In this document: in pieces, positions 33,801 to 45,200 of the stretch
Position numbering within the stretch: the first letter of the stretch is position 1
How the letters are laid out: every line of letters begins with the position of its first letter
Origin: Stegostoma tigrinum
Taxonomy: Eukaryota
Direction: 5' to 3'
Length of the DNA stretch: 64,000 nt
Assembly (NCBI RefSeq): GCF_030684315.1
Contig: NC_081387.1
Coordinates: 23,120,647 to 23,184,646 of the forward strand
The notes under the pieces: generated by a model
Told to the model about the DNA's origin: nothing
What the model saw: only the letters and a program-made list of their open reading frames with translations
The model's database searches: none
Made by a program: the position numbers and the translations under genes

Positions 33801-34584
33801 CCTTCAGAAATGTAGAGCTGCATTAACATTCTGACAGGTCCTTCATAGTTCGGAATAGTTTGGGGATGATGTGAGGATCAGGTGTCAGGTTGGCAGGGGC
33901 CCATGTTGGAAAGGTGCCAGACAAGAAATGGTGCTAAAATTCTGACCATTTACTTTAATATTGAAGTAAAGCTCTTCAGGTGACAAGGTTTACATCCTGC
34001 AGCACCGTTGCAGGTTTGTGACATTTGCCACTTGTGTTCAAAGTTGACTGAGTGACAGATTCCTTCAAATTAGTGACTGACTCATACAAATGTGCGTAAC
34101 TCTTTAACTGAAAGAACCAGCTCAAGGCCTTCACAGAGGCATTACAGGATATAATATGACATTTAGCCACCTCAAAGATGAGATTCCCTGCAGCTTCATT
34201 AAAGAGAGAAGTTTTACTACGTCTCTCAAACCCCATCTCAGCCACGATCTCATTAAATGGTGGAACAGGCTTGAGGGCTGAATTGCCAGCTCCTGTTCCT
34301 AGGGACAGGCAATAAATATGGGCCAGGGAGTGATGACCACGTCCCACGCGTAAGTAAATAAAATTTCTACGTGTTTCAGGAAGAAAGCTCTGTAAGCCTT
34401 CATGAAATGTATCTTCCAGCAAGTACTTGCATGAAGTGTAAATGTGACGGACCCAAACCACAATAATGATGCTTATAGAATCACCACAACACAATGGAGC
34501 TCTATGAAAGCTCAAGACATCAAACCTCATCTTTCAATTGAGGCTTTACAACCTTCGTACTCAATATTCACTCCAACAATTCCA

Positions 34585-34982
34585 TCCCAGGAGGAGAGGG
34601 GAAGGTGACTGGAGATTGGGAGGGAAGGAGAATAGAGAGAATTGGGGACGGTGGTGAGAAGGGAGAGTGGAGGGAAATGAGGAGTTTAGAGGAGAGGAGA
34701 GGGACATGGAGAGGATGATGAGACTGGAGAAGGGGATAGAAGGGAAGGGCGATTGAGGATATTAGGGAGGATGGTGAGAGAGGAGAGTGGATGAATAGAG
34801 CACAAAGAGTGACAAAGGAGAAGGTGGGATGAGAGGGATGTTTGGCATGGGAAAGTTGAGGGAAGTGGGCGGAGGGGAGTATGGTAGGAGAGGAGAGGAA
34901 TGTGGAAAGTGGGGCAAAGGCGGATGAAGTGAGATGGGAGAGAAGGAAAGGGAGGGACAGGGATTGTGAGGGAATGGAGAGG
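34585..34982. repeat. Purine-rich (GA/G-run) low-complexity tract
   Basis: Strongly G/A-biased on + strand. Confidence 0.85.
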
Positions 34983-35102
34983 CCCGGCTGCAGCTTTCTG
35001 ACCCTGGGGGAGAAGAGTTACTTTCTCTAGGCCAGACGCTCCGAGAGCAGCCGAGCACCAAGAATCTGGAAGCGAGGGAGCAGCACTCAGTGAGAGAACT
35101 CT

Positions 35103-35120
35103 GAAAGCTGAAAGTGAAAG
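35103..35120 (+). promoter_or_regulatory. Tandem ISRE (GAAAGCTGAAAGTGAAAG) upstream of cassette copy 2
   Basis: Three GAAA units; similar distance from the exon-1 block as the ISRE of copy 1. Confidence 0.6.
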
Positions 35121-35159
35121 GTCTCCGTGTGGGAGGGAGGTGCAAACTTCCACTTTACT

Positions 35160-35600
35160 CTTTACACACCTGTCCGGGAAAAGGCGGAAAATGTTCGATC
35201 AGATTGTGGGAAAGTAAGAGGTGAGTCCCAAATCCTCTTTAATTTCAGGAAGGGCTCATTCCCAGTGGGATCGGGTGGATTTTATTCCCGCTGAAAGATC
35301 CCAATCAAATCCAAGGAGTCGAACGGGGAGCCGCTGGGGATTGTGCAGTGAAAAGGTGAAACCTTTCTCCAGTGTCTCTGATTAGCTGCACAGAGCCTGG
35401 AGCTGGTTCCTGTCAATATAAGGGAACAGGAGGGAGAGGCAATGTGTAACATTCACTTCTCAGGGTCAGACACAGCGACTGGAAAGGGAGACGGAAGTGA
35501 AAAGGAGGAACAGAGTGAGGGCCATGAGATGGAACATGACCCACTGGGGTTTCTGTTTAAAGGCAAATAATTCAGTCCCGGAGACAGTTGTGTGTTTTCA
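35160..35600 (+). repeat. Promoter/exon-1 cassette copy 2 (paralog of 4235-4680)
   Basis: Near-identical by eye to 4235-4680, including donor GAG|gtgagt at 35221. Confidence 0.9.
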
Positions 35601-36049
35601 CCCCCGGGAACAGACCTTTAAAGCAGAAAATTAATGATCAGCCATTCCTCCATCCAAATTGATTGCAGTTTGCTGCTTTGTTTAAGTCGGGTCTTTAAAG
35701 CGTGCTGGTGCACTAACTTTCCCTTCCCCTGTGTAAATATTTAATTTGTACATTTTAGAGAGATGGACAAGGGAAGCGAGGATACTGTGAGGAAAAACAC
35801 TTTCACACAGCGAGTAGTTCGAGCTTGGAATGTGCTGCCTGGAAATGTGGTGGAGGCAGGCTCAGTTGGGGAATTGAGAGTATGGGATGGTGTTTAGGAT
35901 GGTAACCGTGTGCAGGGATATGGGGAAAAGGCAGGAGATTGGCCCTAGATCATAGACCCAGACACAATGTTGGAGATGGTGCATGCACGATGGGCAGAAT
36001 GGCCTCCCTCTGCATCAGCATCATTCTGTGACTGTGTGAAGTTTGAGCC

Positions 36050-36940
36050 GATCTATTCACACAGACCTGTGCTGTATCCAACAGACCATCTCCGAGGGCC
36101 TCCCCTTCCTCAGGGATAGCATTGCCCATGTGCGGGTCAGGGGCTGTGGGCACTTGCTTCATCTGCCTGGTCCAGGAGAAAGGCCTTTGACAGAATCTCC
36201 CGCACTGACAGATTGGACACACTCTGTAACATGGGGTTTGGTGTGGGGGGGGGAAGCTGCACCTGGATAGAACCGTCCCACACAAACTGCAGTGACCCAG
36301 TTGCCATCAGTGGGTGGGAATCAGAAAGCTGTCCCAGCCAGGCAGGGCTGCCCTCTCTCCCCTGTCCTCCAGGTGTGTTGTATAGGGCCTTTTCCTAAAT
36401 CCCATCACCCCCAGGATGGGGCAATATGAGGGGGGAAGGTCTCAGGTTGTGCAGGCATGGAGGTGAAAATCTCCCTGCACGTAGACCCCATCACTGTCTC
36501 CAGTTTGGATTCACTGTCAGTGTAAAGACTGACTAATATCTCTGACCAGTTCAAACTGCCCTCAGGAACCAACATGAATAAGAGTAAGAACGAGGGCCAT
36601 GTTCTTTGGAAATTGGCCTGAGAGATCCTTGTTCCCTTCACTGTCAGGGCAGATTGCTTAAATGTGCAGGGAATTTTATTCCGAGAGACTGGGGTGTGTG
36701 CTAAAACTGGGAATGAGTCGCTCTGGACAAAGTGAAACAGAGTGTGTGAAAGGAACACTCCCTCTCGGTTGTGGGTAAGAAGCTGGTCATTATGTGTGGT
36801 GTGGTCTCAGTGTTGTGCCCTTACAGCAGCTCCGGGCCGCTCCTCACTCCCACATCACCGCCATCACCCAGGCTGCTGTCCTTTTGACTGGGAGGACACA
36901 GATGCACTGTGTTCACTGGGATATGATGTACAAACCTATT
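36050..36940 (+). mobile_element. Tx1/L1-clade LINE RT remnant (duplicated at ~57385-58235)
   Basis: Frameshifted ISEGLPFLRDSIAHV, QEK(A)FDRIS, AVAISGWESES, RQGCPLSP motifs. Confidence 0.75.
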
Positions 36941-38099
36941 GATAAAGCGGGGAACAATGGACCCAACATCCTCTGTTCATGCTCATGTACGGCCTCCAAC
37001 ATGGACTCTTAGCTTGTTAAACAGCTTTTTGTATATTACCTCATCAAATGCCTCCTGGAAATCCAAATATATTACATATTACCCCCCCCCCCTTTATCTA
37101 TCCTGCCTGTTACCTGTGCAAAGAATTCCTATACATTTCACAGGCATGATTCCAGCTTGATGAAGCCATGCTGATTCTGATTGGTCATACTGTGTATTTC
37201 TAAATACTCTGATACTACGTCCTTTCTAACAGATTCTGCCAGTTTCCCAAAAGCAAATGTTCAGTTAATTGATCTATAATATGTTTTTTAGCTTTCTGCC
37301 TTTTTTGAACAAGAACATTCTTTGACAGTTTTCTGCCTCTCTGTACTTCTTCAGAATCAAAGAATTCCTGGAAGATGTGCATCCCCTGTCGTTGTGACGT
37401 ATTCTTTTAATATTCTAAGATGCATCCTGTCACATCCATGGTACTTATCAGCTTCTAGTGCCATGAGTTTCCTCTCATGATCGTTACTGTATTAATTCCT
37501 TTCTTCCTTTTACCCCTTGTATATTTAGTCACTTCGGATGCTAATAATGTCTTCCTGTCTGAGGACTGATGCAAAGTTTTTCTTCAGCTTGCCTGCTTTT
37601 TCCTTGTTCTCCAATTTTTTGTCCCCATCCTCATTCTCTCAGGGCCCGATGTTTGCCTTGGCCACTCCCCTCTCTTTTATATATTTAGAGAAGCTTTTGC
37701 TGTCCATCATGGTATGACTTTCAATTTCACCCGGAAAGTTTATTTTTCTCCGTCTTTATTTTATATCAACCATTTTTAGTTGAAGTTTAAACATTTTCCA
37801 ATTATCTGGCCTGATGTTTGCTGCATTGTATGTTTTTCTTTGAATTGATGTTTAATTTCTCTTTCCGAGAATCCTTTCTGATTGATTGATTGGTTTATTT
37901 TCACATGCACCGAAGTACAGTGAAAAGTTTTGTGTCCGAGCAGTACAGGTAGACAATATGCTTTCAATGGTGCATCTGTAGAAGTTGGTGGACGACCTTA
38001 TGGACATCCCAAATTTCCTGACCCGCCTGAGGAAGAAGAGGGTTGTTGTGCATTTTTGTCCGTGGCATCTATATGGGGAGACCTGCACAGGTCATCGGT

Positions 38100-38408
38100 T
38101 GATAGAATGCCGAGAGTGTGGAAACAGGTCCTTTGGCCCAACAAGTCCCCACCGACCCTCAGAGCATCCACCCAGAGCCGTTCCCCTATAACCCACATGA
38201 TCTACACATCCCTGAGCACGAAGGACAATTTAACATGGCTGATCCACCGAGCCTGCACAATTTGGGCTGTGGGAGGGAACCGCAGCACCTGGAGGAAACC
38301 CACGCAGACACAGGGAGAATGTGCAAACTCTACACAGACAGTTGTCCCAGGGTGGAGTTGAACCCGGGTCCCTGGCACTGTGGGGCAGCAGTGCTAACCA
38401 CTGAGCCA
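38100..38408 (-). mobile_element. HE1-type V-SINE inside an L2/Rex-like remnant (paralog at 59775-60083)
   Basis: Same core as 7868-8189. Confidence 0.88.
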
Positions 38409-38840
38409 CTCCTCGGAACTTGATGCTTTCCGCCCTCTCAACCTCAGCTCCGTTGCTGCAGACTGGGGCATGTTCTCTTTTCTTCCTGAAGTCAATGATC
38501 AAGCAGTTTCTCATTGAGACATATCTTTGCTGCACCCATGAACTATTCTCTTCAACTGCCTACCACTTTTCCTCAATTGTCTTTGCTGCTAAACTCCTTT
38601 CCCACACCAGCCTCGTGAACTCTGCCTTCATTCTTTCATAATCATACTTATTTAAGCTTAATACTTCTGATTCCAATGCAACTTGCTCCTTGTCAAACAG
38701 AATGCTACATTTTATGATATTGTGGTCACTGTTTGCTTGGAGATATTTTACTCTGCCATCGTTTATTCAACCTGCCTCTTTACATGTCACCAGATCTTAA
38801 AAATAAACCCTGATGCCTGGTTGGATCCAGAACATATTGT

Positions 38841-39092
38841 CCGTCTTCCCTGAACTTACCTATCCCTTCACCTATATTCTCATCTCTACCTATCTTCTCT
38901 CCATCTTCAGTCGGCCTCCCCCCCTCTCTCCCTATTTATTCCAGTTCCCTCTCCCCATCCCCCTCTCTGATGAAGAGTCGAGGCCCGAAACGTCAGCTTT
39001 TGTGCTCCTGAGATGCTGCTTGGCCTGCTGTGTTCATCCAGCCTCACATTTTATTATCTTGGAATTCTACAGCATCTGCAGTTCCCATTATC
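38841..39092 (+). mobile_element. Penelope pLTR fragment with degenerate hammerhead
   Basis: ctgatgaagagtcgaggcccgaaacgtc at 38967-38994; absent from paralogous site at ~62300. Confidence 0.8.
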
Positions 39093-40194
39093 GCTTGAGG
39101 AAACTGCCCTGAATCCTTTTTCATGCCAATCTCTGCCAATCTCACATCACATTCAAATGATGATTAAAGTCATCCATGATTAATGTACTTTGTTACATGT
39201 GCTCCGTATCTCCTAATGTTCTCTGCCCTACCGTGCAGCTACTTCTCTGAGAGCTACAGATTACCCCGTTAGAGTTTTCATCCTGTGTTTATTTCGTGCT
39301 TGTATGGATTCTACATCTTCTGATCCAAGGTCATTTCTTGCTATTGTGCTTATCCTATCCTGGAAGAACATTATTATCTCACCACCTTTTTCTTCCTGCT
39401 TACCCTTTTGAAAAGTCACATACACTTGAATATTTAGTTCCCAGCTTTGATCTCCTTGTAACCGTTGTCTCCATAATGACTATAAAATCGTCGCTTTTAT
39501 CCGGTATTTGTGATGTTCATTGAATTGTTCTGAATACTACGTGCGTTCCAGAGGAATTAATTTTGCCCTTTTTTCTCCCAATGGCCCTGTTTACTGCTGT
39601 TATTCTGTGTCTGTCTATTCTGCCCCTTCCTGCCCGACTCAGGGTGTTGTTATCCAAATAGGAGGCCCATAATGCTGCCATTCCCTCTTGCTTTGGAAAC
39701 CTGCATTTCACCTCTCCCAAACCCTTCCTCTGTCGAATGAAGGGAAAGCTTTCTCTACAGCCCTTGTTATTCGATTCACTGAGACTTTGTTTCCAGCACG
39801 GTTCAGTGAAGCCTATTCTATCAGAACCACTCCCTCCTGTCCCAGTACTGGTCCCAGTGCCCATGAACTGGATCCCATTCCACTCCCACCAATCTTTGAG
39901 CCATGGACCCACAGGGAAATATAAATTGATTTAACTCAACAAATGGGAAATAAAATGGTGGCATCAATCCAGAGATCAGACCTAAATGGCAACTCGATAT
40001 TATTGTTAGATCATGTCTATTTCTGGATGCTGATTTCCCCGTGTTCGTGTTTATGAAATCCTGATCATTCTAAATATCTCAATCTTCAACCTACTGAAGT
40101 CAAGATATTGCAAATCACATTCATGCAACCTTTTCCTCGGGATGTAATGCTCCACGTGCTGGCTTCATTCCAGTGAAAAAGCAAAACACATTCA

Positions 40195-41150
40195 AATGAA
40201 GGAGGGAGGTGAAAAAGGGTAAATGTACCTGATTAGCCTGACATCAATTGTTGGAAACATGATGGAATCAATGATTGAGGAAGTAATTGCAGCAGCGTTG
40301 GAAAATCATAATCTAATCAAACAGAGTCAGTGTGGCTTCATGAAATGGAAATTGTGTCTGCCTAATTCATGAGAGATTTTCAAGGAAGTCTTAACCAGCG
40401 TGGATACAGGGGAAACCATTAATGTGTTATATTTGGACTTCCAGAAGTTGTTGTACAAGGTACCATGCGGTTAAGTTCGGTTTCGCTCAGTTCACTAGAC
40501 GTTTGGTTTGTAAAACAGTGTGATGCTAACATTGCGGGTGCAATCCCTGCCCTGGCTGAGGTTACCCTGAAGGACTCTCCTTCTCAACCCTTCCCCTTGC
40601 CTGAGGTGTGGGTGCCTGCAGCTTAAATCACCACCAGTAGCTCTGTCTCATGAGAAAGCAGCCGTATGGTCTGGTAAGACTGTGGCAACTGGAGGTAGTA
40701 TATCGGCATGAGTAGAGAATTGGCCCATGAGCAGGAAGCAGTCAGTGGGGATAAGGGACCCTTTTTCAGGTTGGTGACCTGTGACCAGTGGCATTCCACA
40801 AGGTTCAGTGCTGGGATCACAGCAGTGTATGATCGATATCAACGACTTGGAGGCAGGAAGCAAGTTTACTGTAGCCAAGTGTGCAAATGACACGAAGAAA
40901 GATGGAAAGGCAATTTGTGAGAGGGATATAAACAGTTTATAGAGAGATGTTGGTAAGTTAAGCAAATGAGCAAAGAGCTGGCAAATGCAGTATAATGTGG
41001 GAAAATGTGACGTTGTTCATTTTGGAAGGGATAACAAGAGAACAGAGTATTGTTTCAACGGACGAAAAACTGCAGAAAGCTGCAACACAAAAGGGACTTG
41101 TGCACGAAACACGGAAAGCTAGCGTACAGATACAGCAGGTAATCAGGAAG
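40195..41150 (+). mobile_element. Old CR1 RT fragment with small tRNA-derived SINE inserted at ~40470-40690
   Basis: Decayed LIKQSQCGFMK, YLDFQK...KVP motifs. Confidence 0.65.
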
Positions 41151-41975
41151 GACCACAGTCCAAAGATGTGCATGTTGAGTGGATTGGCTATATTAAATTG
41201 ACTATCATGTCCAGGGATCTGCAGGCGAGGTGTATCAGCCATGAGATGTGCAGAGTTAGGAGAATAGGGTAGTGGGTTGTGTTTGGGTCAGTGCAGACTC
41301 GATGGGTGGAATGGCCTCTTGTGCACTGTAGGGTTCTGTGATTTTTACTGGCCTTACTTAAGTTGAGGACACTGGGTTGAGAACGGAGCTGCTGGCCTTC
41401 AAACTAAATTTGAAATTTTGCCACATTATGCTCACAAGCTCATATTCATTGATTTCCATTGACACAGTCAGTTCATCTATCTTGTTTAAAATGCTGCATG
41501 CTCTCAGAAGAAGAGCTCTGAACATTGACTTTCTACCATTTCTATGTATTCTGGTTTTGTTTCTGCTACACTATTAGAGCCAAGAATAATCAATAAGCCC
41601 TTCATCCCATTGAGGCTGCTTCAATAAAATAAATCACCGAACTACACTGATCTCACTTTGCAGCACTGGGCCCAAAGCCGGGAATGTTAGACATTGGAAG
41701 TGCTCATCCATGTATTTTTAAAGGTTCTGCCAATCCTCTCAGGCAGCTCATTCCAGATTCCCACATCCTGTGGGTGAAACATATTTTCCTCAGATTCCCC
41801 CTAAACCTCCTGCTCTTCTTCTTAAAATTATGTCCCTTCAATATTGACCCTTCAACTGAGGGCAACAGTCATTTCCCATCTACCCTGTCCATGCCCCTCA
41901 TAATCTTACCCTCCTCAATCAGGCCCCCCTCCCACCTCAGCCTTCTCTTCTCCAAAGGAAACAACCTGAGCCTTA

Positions 41976-42268
41976 GGGCCACACGGTGTCTCAGCGGTTA
42001 GCACTGCAGCCTCACAGCACCAGGGACCCGGGTTCAATTCCAGCCTCGGGTGACTGTCTGTGTGGAGTTTGCACATTCTCCCCGTGTCTATGTGGGTTTC
42101 CTCCAGGTGCTCCGGTTTCCTCCCACAGTCCAAAGATGTGCAGGCTAGGTGGATTGGCCATGCTAAATTGCCCGTAGTGTTCAGGGGTGTGTGGGTTGTA
42201 GGGGGATGGGTCTGGGTGGGATTCTCCAAGGGGCGGTATGGACTTGTTTTGTCGAAGGGCCTGTTTCA
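41976..42268 (+). mobile_element. HE1-type V-SINE, 5' part (tail resumes at 47611-47648)
   Basis: gggccacacggtgtctcagcggttagcac...gggttcaattcc; breaks at gggcctgtttc and resumes gtttccacactgtagggaatctaatc. Confidence 0.88.
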
Positions 42269-45200
42269 AGGTAAGCTTCTCTTTTTTTTACTTTCTGTTT
42301 GGGGGATTAGCAGGGATGGCAGTGCAGGTAGAGGACTGTTCCTCCTGCATGATGTATGAGGTGAGGGACGCCATTAGTGTCCCATCCAAATGCGTCTGCA
42401 GGAAGTGCACCCAACTCTTGCTCCTCCAAGACGGCGTTAGGGACTGGAGCGGGAGCTGGATGAACTTCGGATCATTCGGGAGGCAGAGTCAGTGATAGGC
42501 AAGAGTTAGAGGGAAGTAGTTACTCCTAAGCGTGAAGAAAGCTGGGTAACTGTTAGAAGGGGGAAGAAGCAGTCAGTGCAGGGATCCCCTGTGGTCGTTC
42601 CCCTGAAAAACAAGATTCCCGTTTTGGATACTGTTGGGGGGAACGTCTTACCAGGGGCATGCAGTAGGGTGCAGGTCTCTGGCACAGAGTCTGTCCCTCT
42701 TGCACAGAAGGGAAGGGGGGATAGGAAGAGAGTGATTGTCATTGGGGTCTCAATAGTTAGACGGACTTACAGAAGGTTTGCCGGGAACGAAAGAGACTCA
42801 CGGTTGGTGTGTTGCCTCCCAGGTGCCAGGGCCCGTGATGTCTCGGATCTTGTCTTTGGGGTCCTGAAGGGAGAGGGTGACGAGCCCCAAGTCATGGTCC
42901 ACATAGGCACCAACGACAGATGTAGAAAGAGGGATAGGGATGTCAGGTAGGATTTCAGGGAGCTAGGGTGGAAGCTGAGAGCTAGAACAAACAGAGTGGT
43001 TATCTCTGGTTTGTTACCCGTGTAACGTGATTGCGAAGCGAAGAACAGGGAGAGATTTCAGCTGAACACGTGGCTGCGGGGATGGTGCAGGAGGGAGGGC
43101 TTCAGGGACATGGACAGTTGGGGCTCATTCCGGGGAAGGTGGGACATCTACAAACAGGACAGTCTCCACTTGAACCAGAGGGGCACTAATATCCTGGGTG
43201 GGAAACTTGCTAGTGCTGTTCCGGTGGATTTAAATTAGCTCGGAAGGGGGATGGGAAACTGAGGTGTAGTCCTAGTACACAGGAGGATGAGCGTAGGGAG
43301 GACATGGACAGGACCTCACTGTAACAGGAGAGTGCTGGTAGACAGCAAGCTGGATTGAAGGGGTTCTACTTTAACGCCAGGAGTATCCAGAATAAGGTAG
43401 GTGAGCTTGCAGCATGGGTTAGTACCTGGGACTTCGATGTTGCAGCCGTTTCGGAGACATGGATAGAGCAAGGTCAGGAATGGACATTGCAGGTTCCAGG
43501 GTTGAGATCTTTCATTAAGGTCAGGGAAGGTGGTGAAAGAGGGGGAGGTGTGGCTTTGTTAGTCAAGGACAGTATAACGGCGGCTGAAAGAACCTTTGAT
43601 GAGGACTCGTCTACTGAGGTGGTATGGGCTGAGGTTGCCGAGGAAGGTTTGTCGACTGAGTCAGTATGGGTGGAAGTTAGGAACAGCAAGGGAGCAGTCA
43701 CCCCACTGGGGGTTTTCTACAGACCCCCAAATAGCAGTAGGGAGATCGAAGAACTCATAGGCCGGCAGATTGTTGAAAAGTGCAAACGTAGCAGGGTTAT
43801 TGTTATGGGTGACTTCAACTTTCCCAATATAGATTGGAACCTCCTTAGTGCAGATGGTTTGGATGGAGCTGTTTTTGTCGGGTGTGTTCAGGAGGGCTTC
43901 CTTACTCAGTGTGCGGACAGGCCGACGAGGGGGGAGGCCATTTTGGATTTGGTGCTCAGCTATGAGCCAGGACAGGTGTCATATCTCGTGGTGGGAGAAC
44001 ACTTTGGCGACAGTGACCACAACAGCCTCACATTTACCATAGCCATGGAAAGGGAAAGGAGCAGTTACCAGGGGGAGATATTTAACTGGGGAAAAGGAAA
44101 GTATGAAGCTATCAGACAGGAGTTGGGAAGTACAGATTGGGAGCAATTGTTCCACAGAAAGGGCACAGCAGACATGTGGAGGCTGTTTAAGGAGCAGTTG
44201 TTGCGAGTGATGCATAAATTTGTTCCTCTGAGACAGGTAAGAAGGGGTAAGATTAAGGAGCCTTGGATGACGGGTACAGAGGTGCTTCTTGTCAAATAGA
44301 AAAAGGCAGCGTACGTAAGGTGGAGGAAACAAGGGTCTAGCACAGCTTTAGTCGATTACAGGCTTGCTCGGAAGGAGCTCAAAAGTGGACTGAGGAGGGC
44401 CAGGAGGGGGCTCAAAAAAGGCTTGGCAGGAAGGATTAGGGAGAACCCGAAGGCATTTTACTCATACGTGAGGAATAAGAGAATGATCAGGGAGAAGGTA
44501 GGGCCGATCAGGGTTAGCGTGGGAAACTTGTGTGTGGAGTCTGAGCAGATAGGGGAAGCCCGAAATGAGTTTTTTGCTTCGGTTTTCACTCAGAAAAGGG
44601 ACCTTGTTGTGAATGAGAACTTTGAGGAGCAGGAAAACAGGCTTGAACAGATCGAGATTGAGGAAGTTGATGTGCTGGAAATTTTGGCAAACATTAAGAT
44701 TGATAAGTCCCCAGGGCCAGATCAGATTTATCCTAGGTTCCTCCGGGAAGCGAGAAAGGAGGTTGCTAAGCCGTTGGCGAAGATCTTTGCTTCCTCACTC
44801 TCCAGGGGAGTCGTACCGGAAGATTGGAGGGAGGCAAATGTTGTTCCTCTTTTCAAGAAAGGGAATAGGGAAATCCCTGGAAATTACAGACCAGTCAGTC
44901 TTACGTCTGTGGTCAGCAAGGTTTTGGAAAGAATTCTGAGGGATAGGATTTATGGCTATTTGGAAAAGCATAGCGTGATTAAAGGGAGTCAGCATGGCTT
45001 TGTGAGGGGCAGGTCATGCCTTACAAATCTTATTGAGTTCTTTGAGGAAGTCACGAGACAGGTTGATGAAGGTCGAGCAGTGGATGTGGTGTACATGGAC
45101 TTCAGCAAGGCATTTGATAAGGTTCCCCACGGCAGGCTCATTCATAAAGTCAGGAGTTATGGGATACAGCTGATTTGACTGTCTGGATTCAGAATTGGTC

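Larger units (their letters stand above)
35160..39970 (+). repeat. Segmental duplicate, paralogous to 56490-63176
   Basis: Continuous co-linear similarity including shared Tx1 remnant and shared HE1 SINE; similarity ends at ...aatggtggcatcaatc. Confidence 0.93.

Noticed and set aside
34686-35153. Pro/Ser/Leu-rich minus-strand ORFs
   Set aside because: Translation of the low-complexity pyrimidine strand
41976-42050. tRNA-like sequences (also 2365, 8120-8189, 20306)
   Set aside because: SINE heads continuing into SINE bodies; no convincing cloverleaf, so not called tRNA genes
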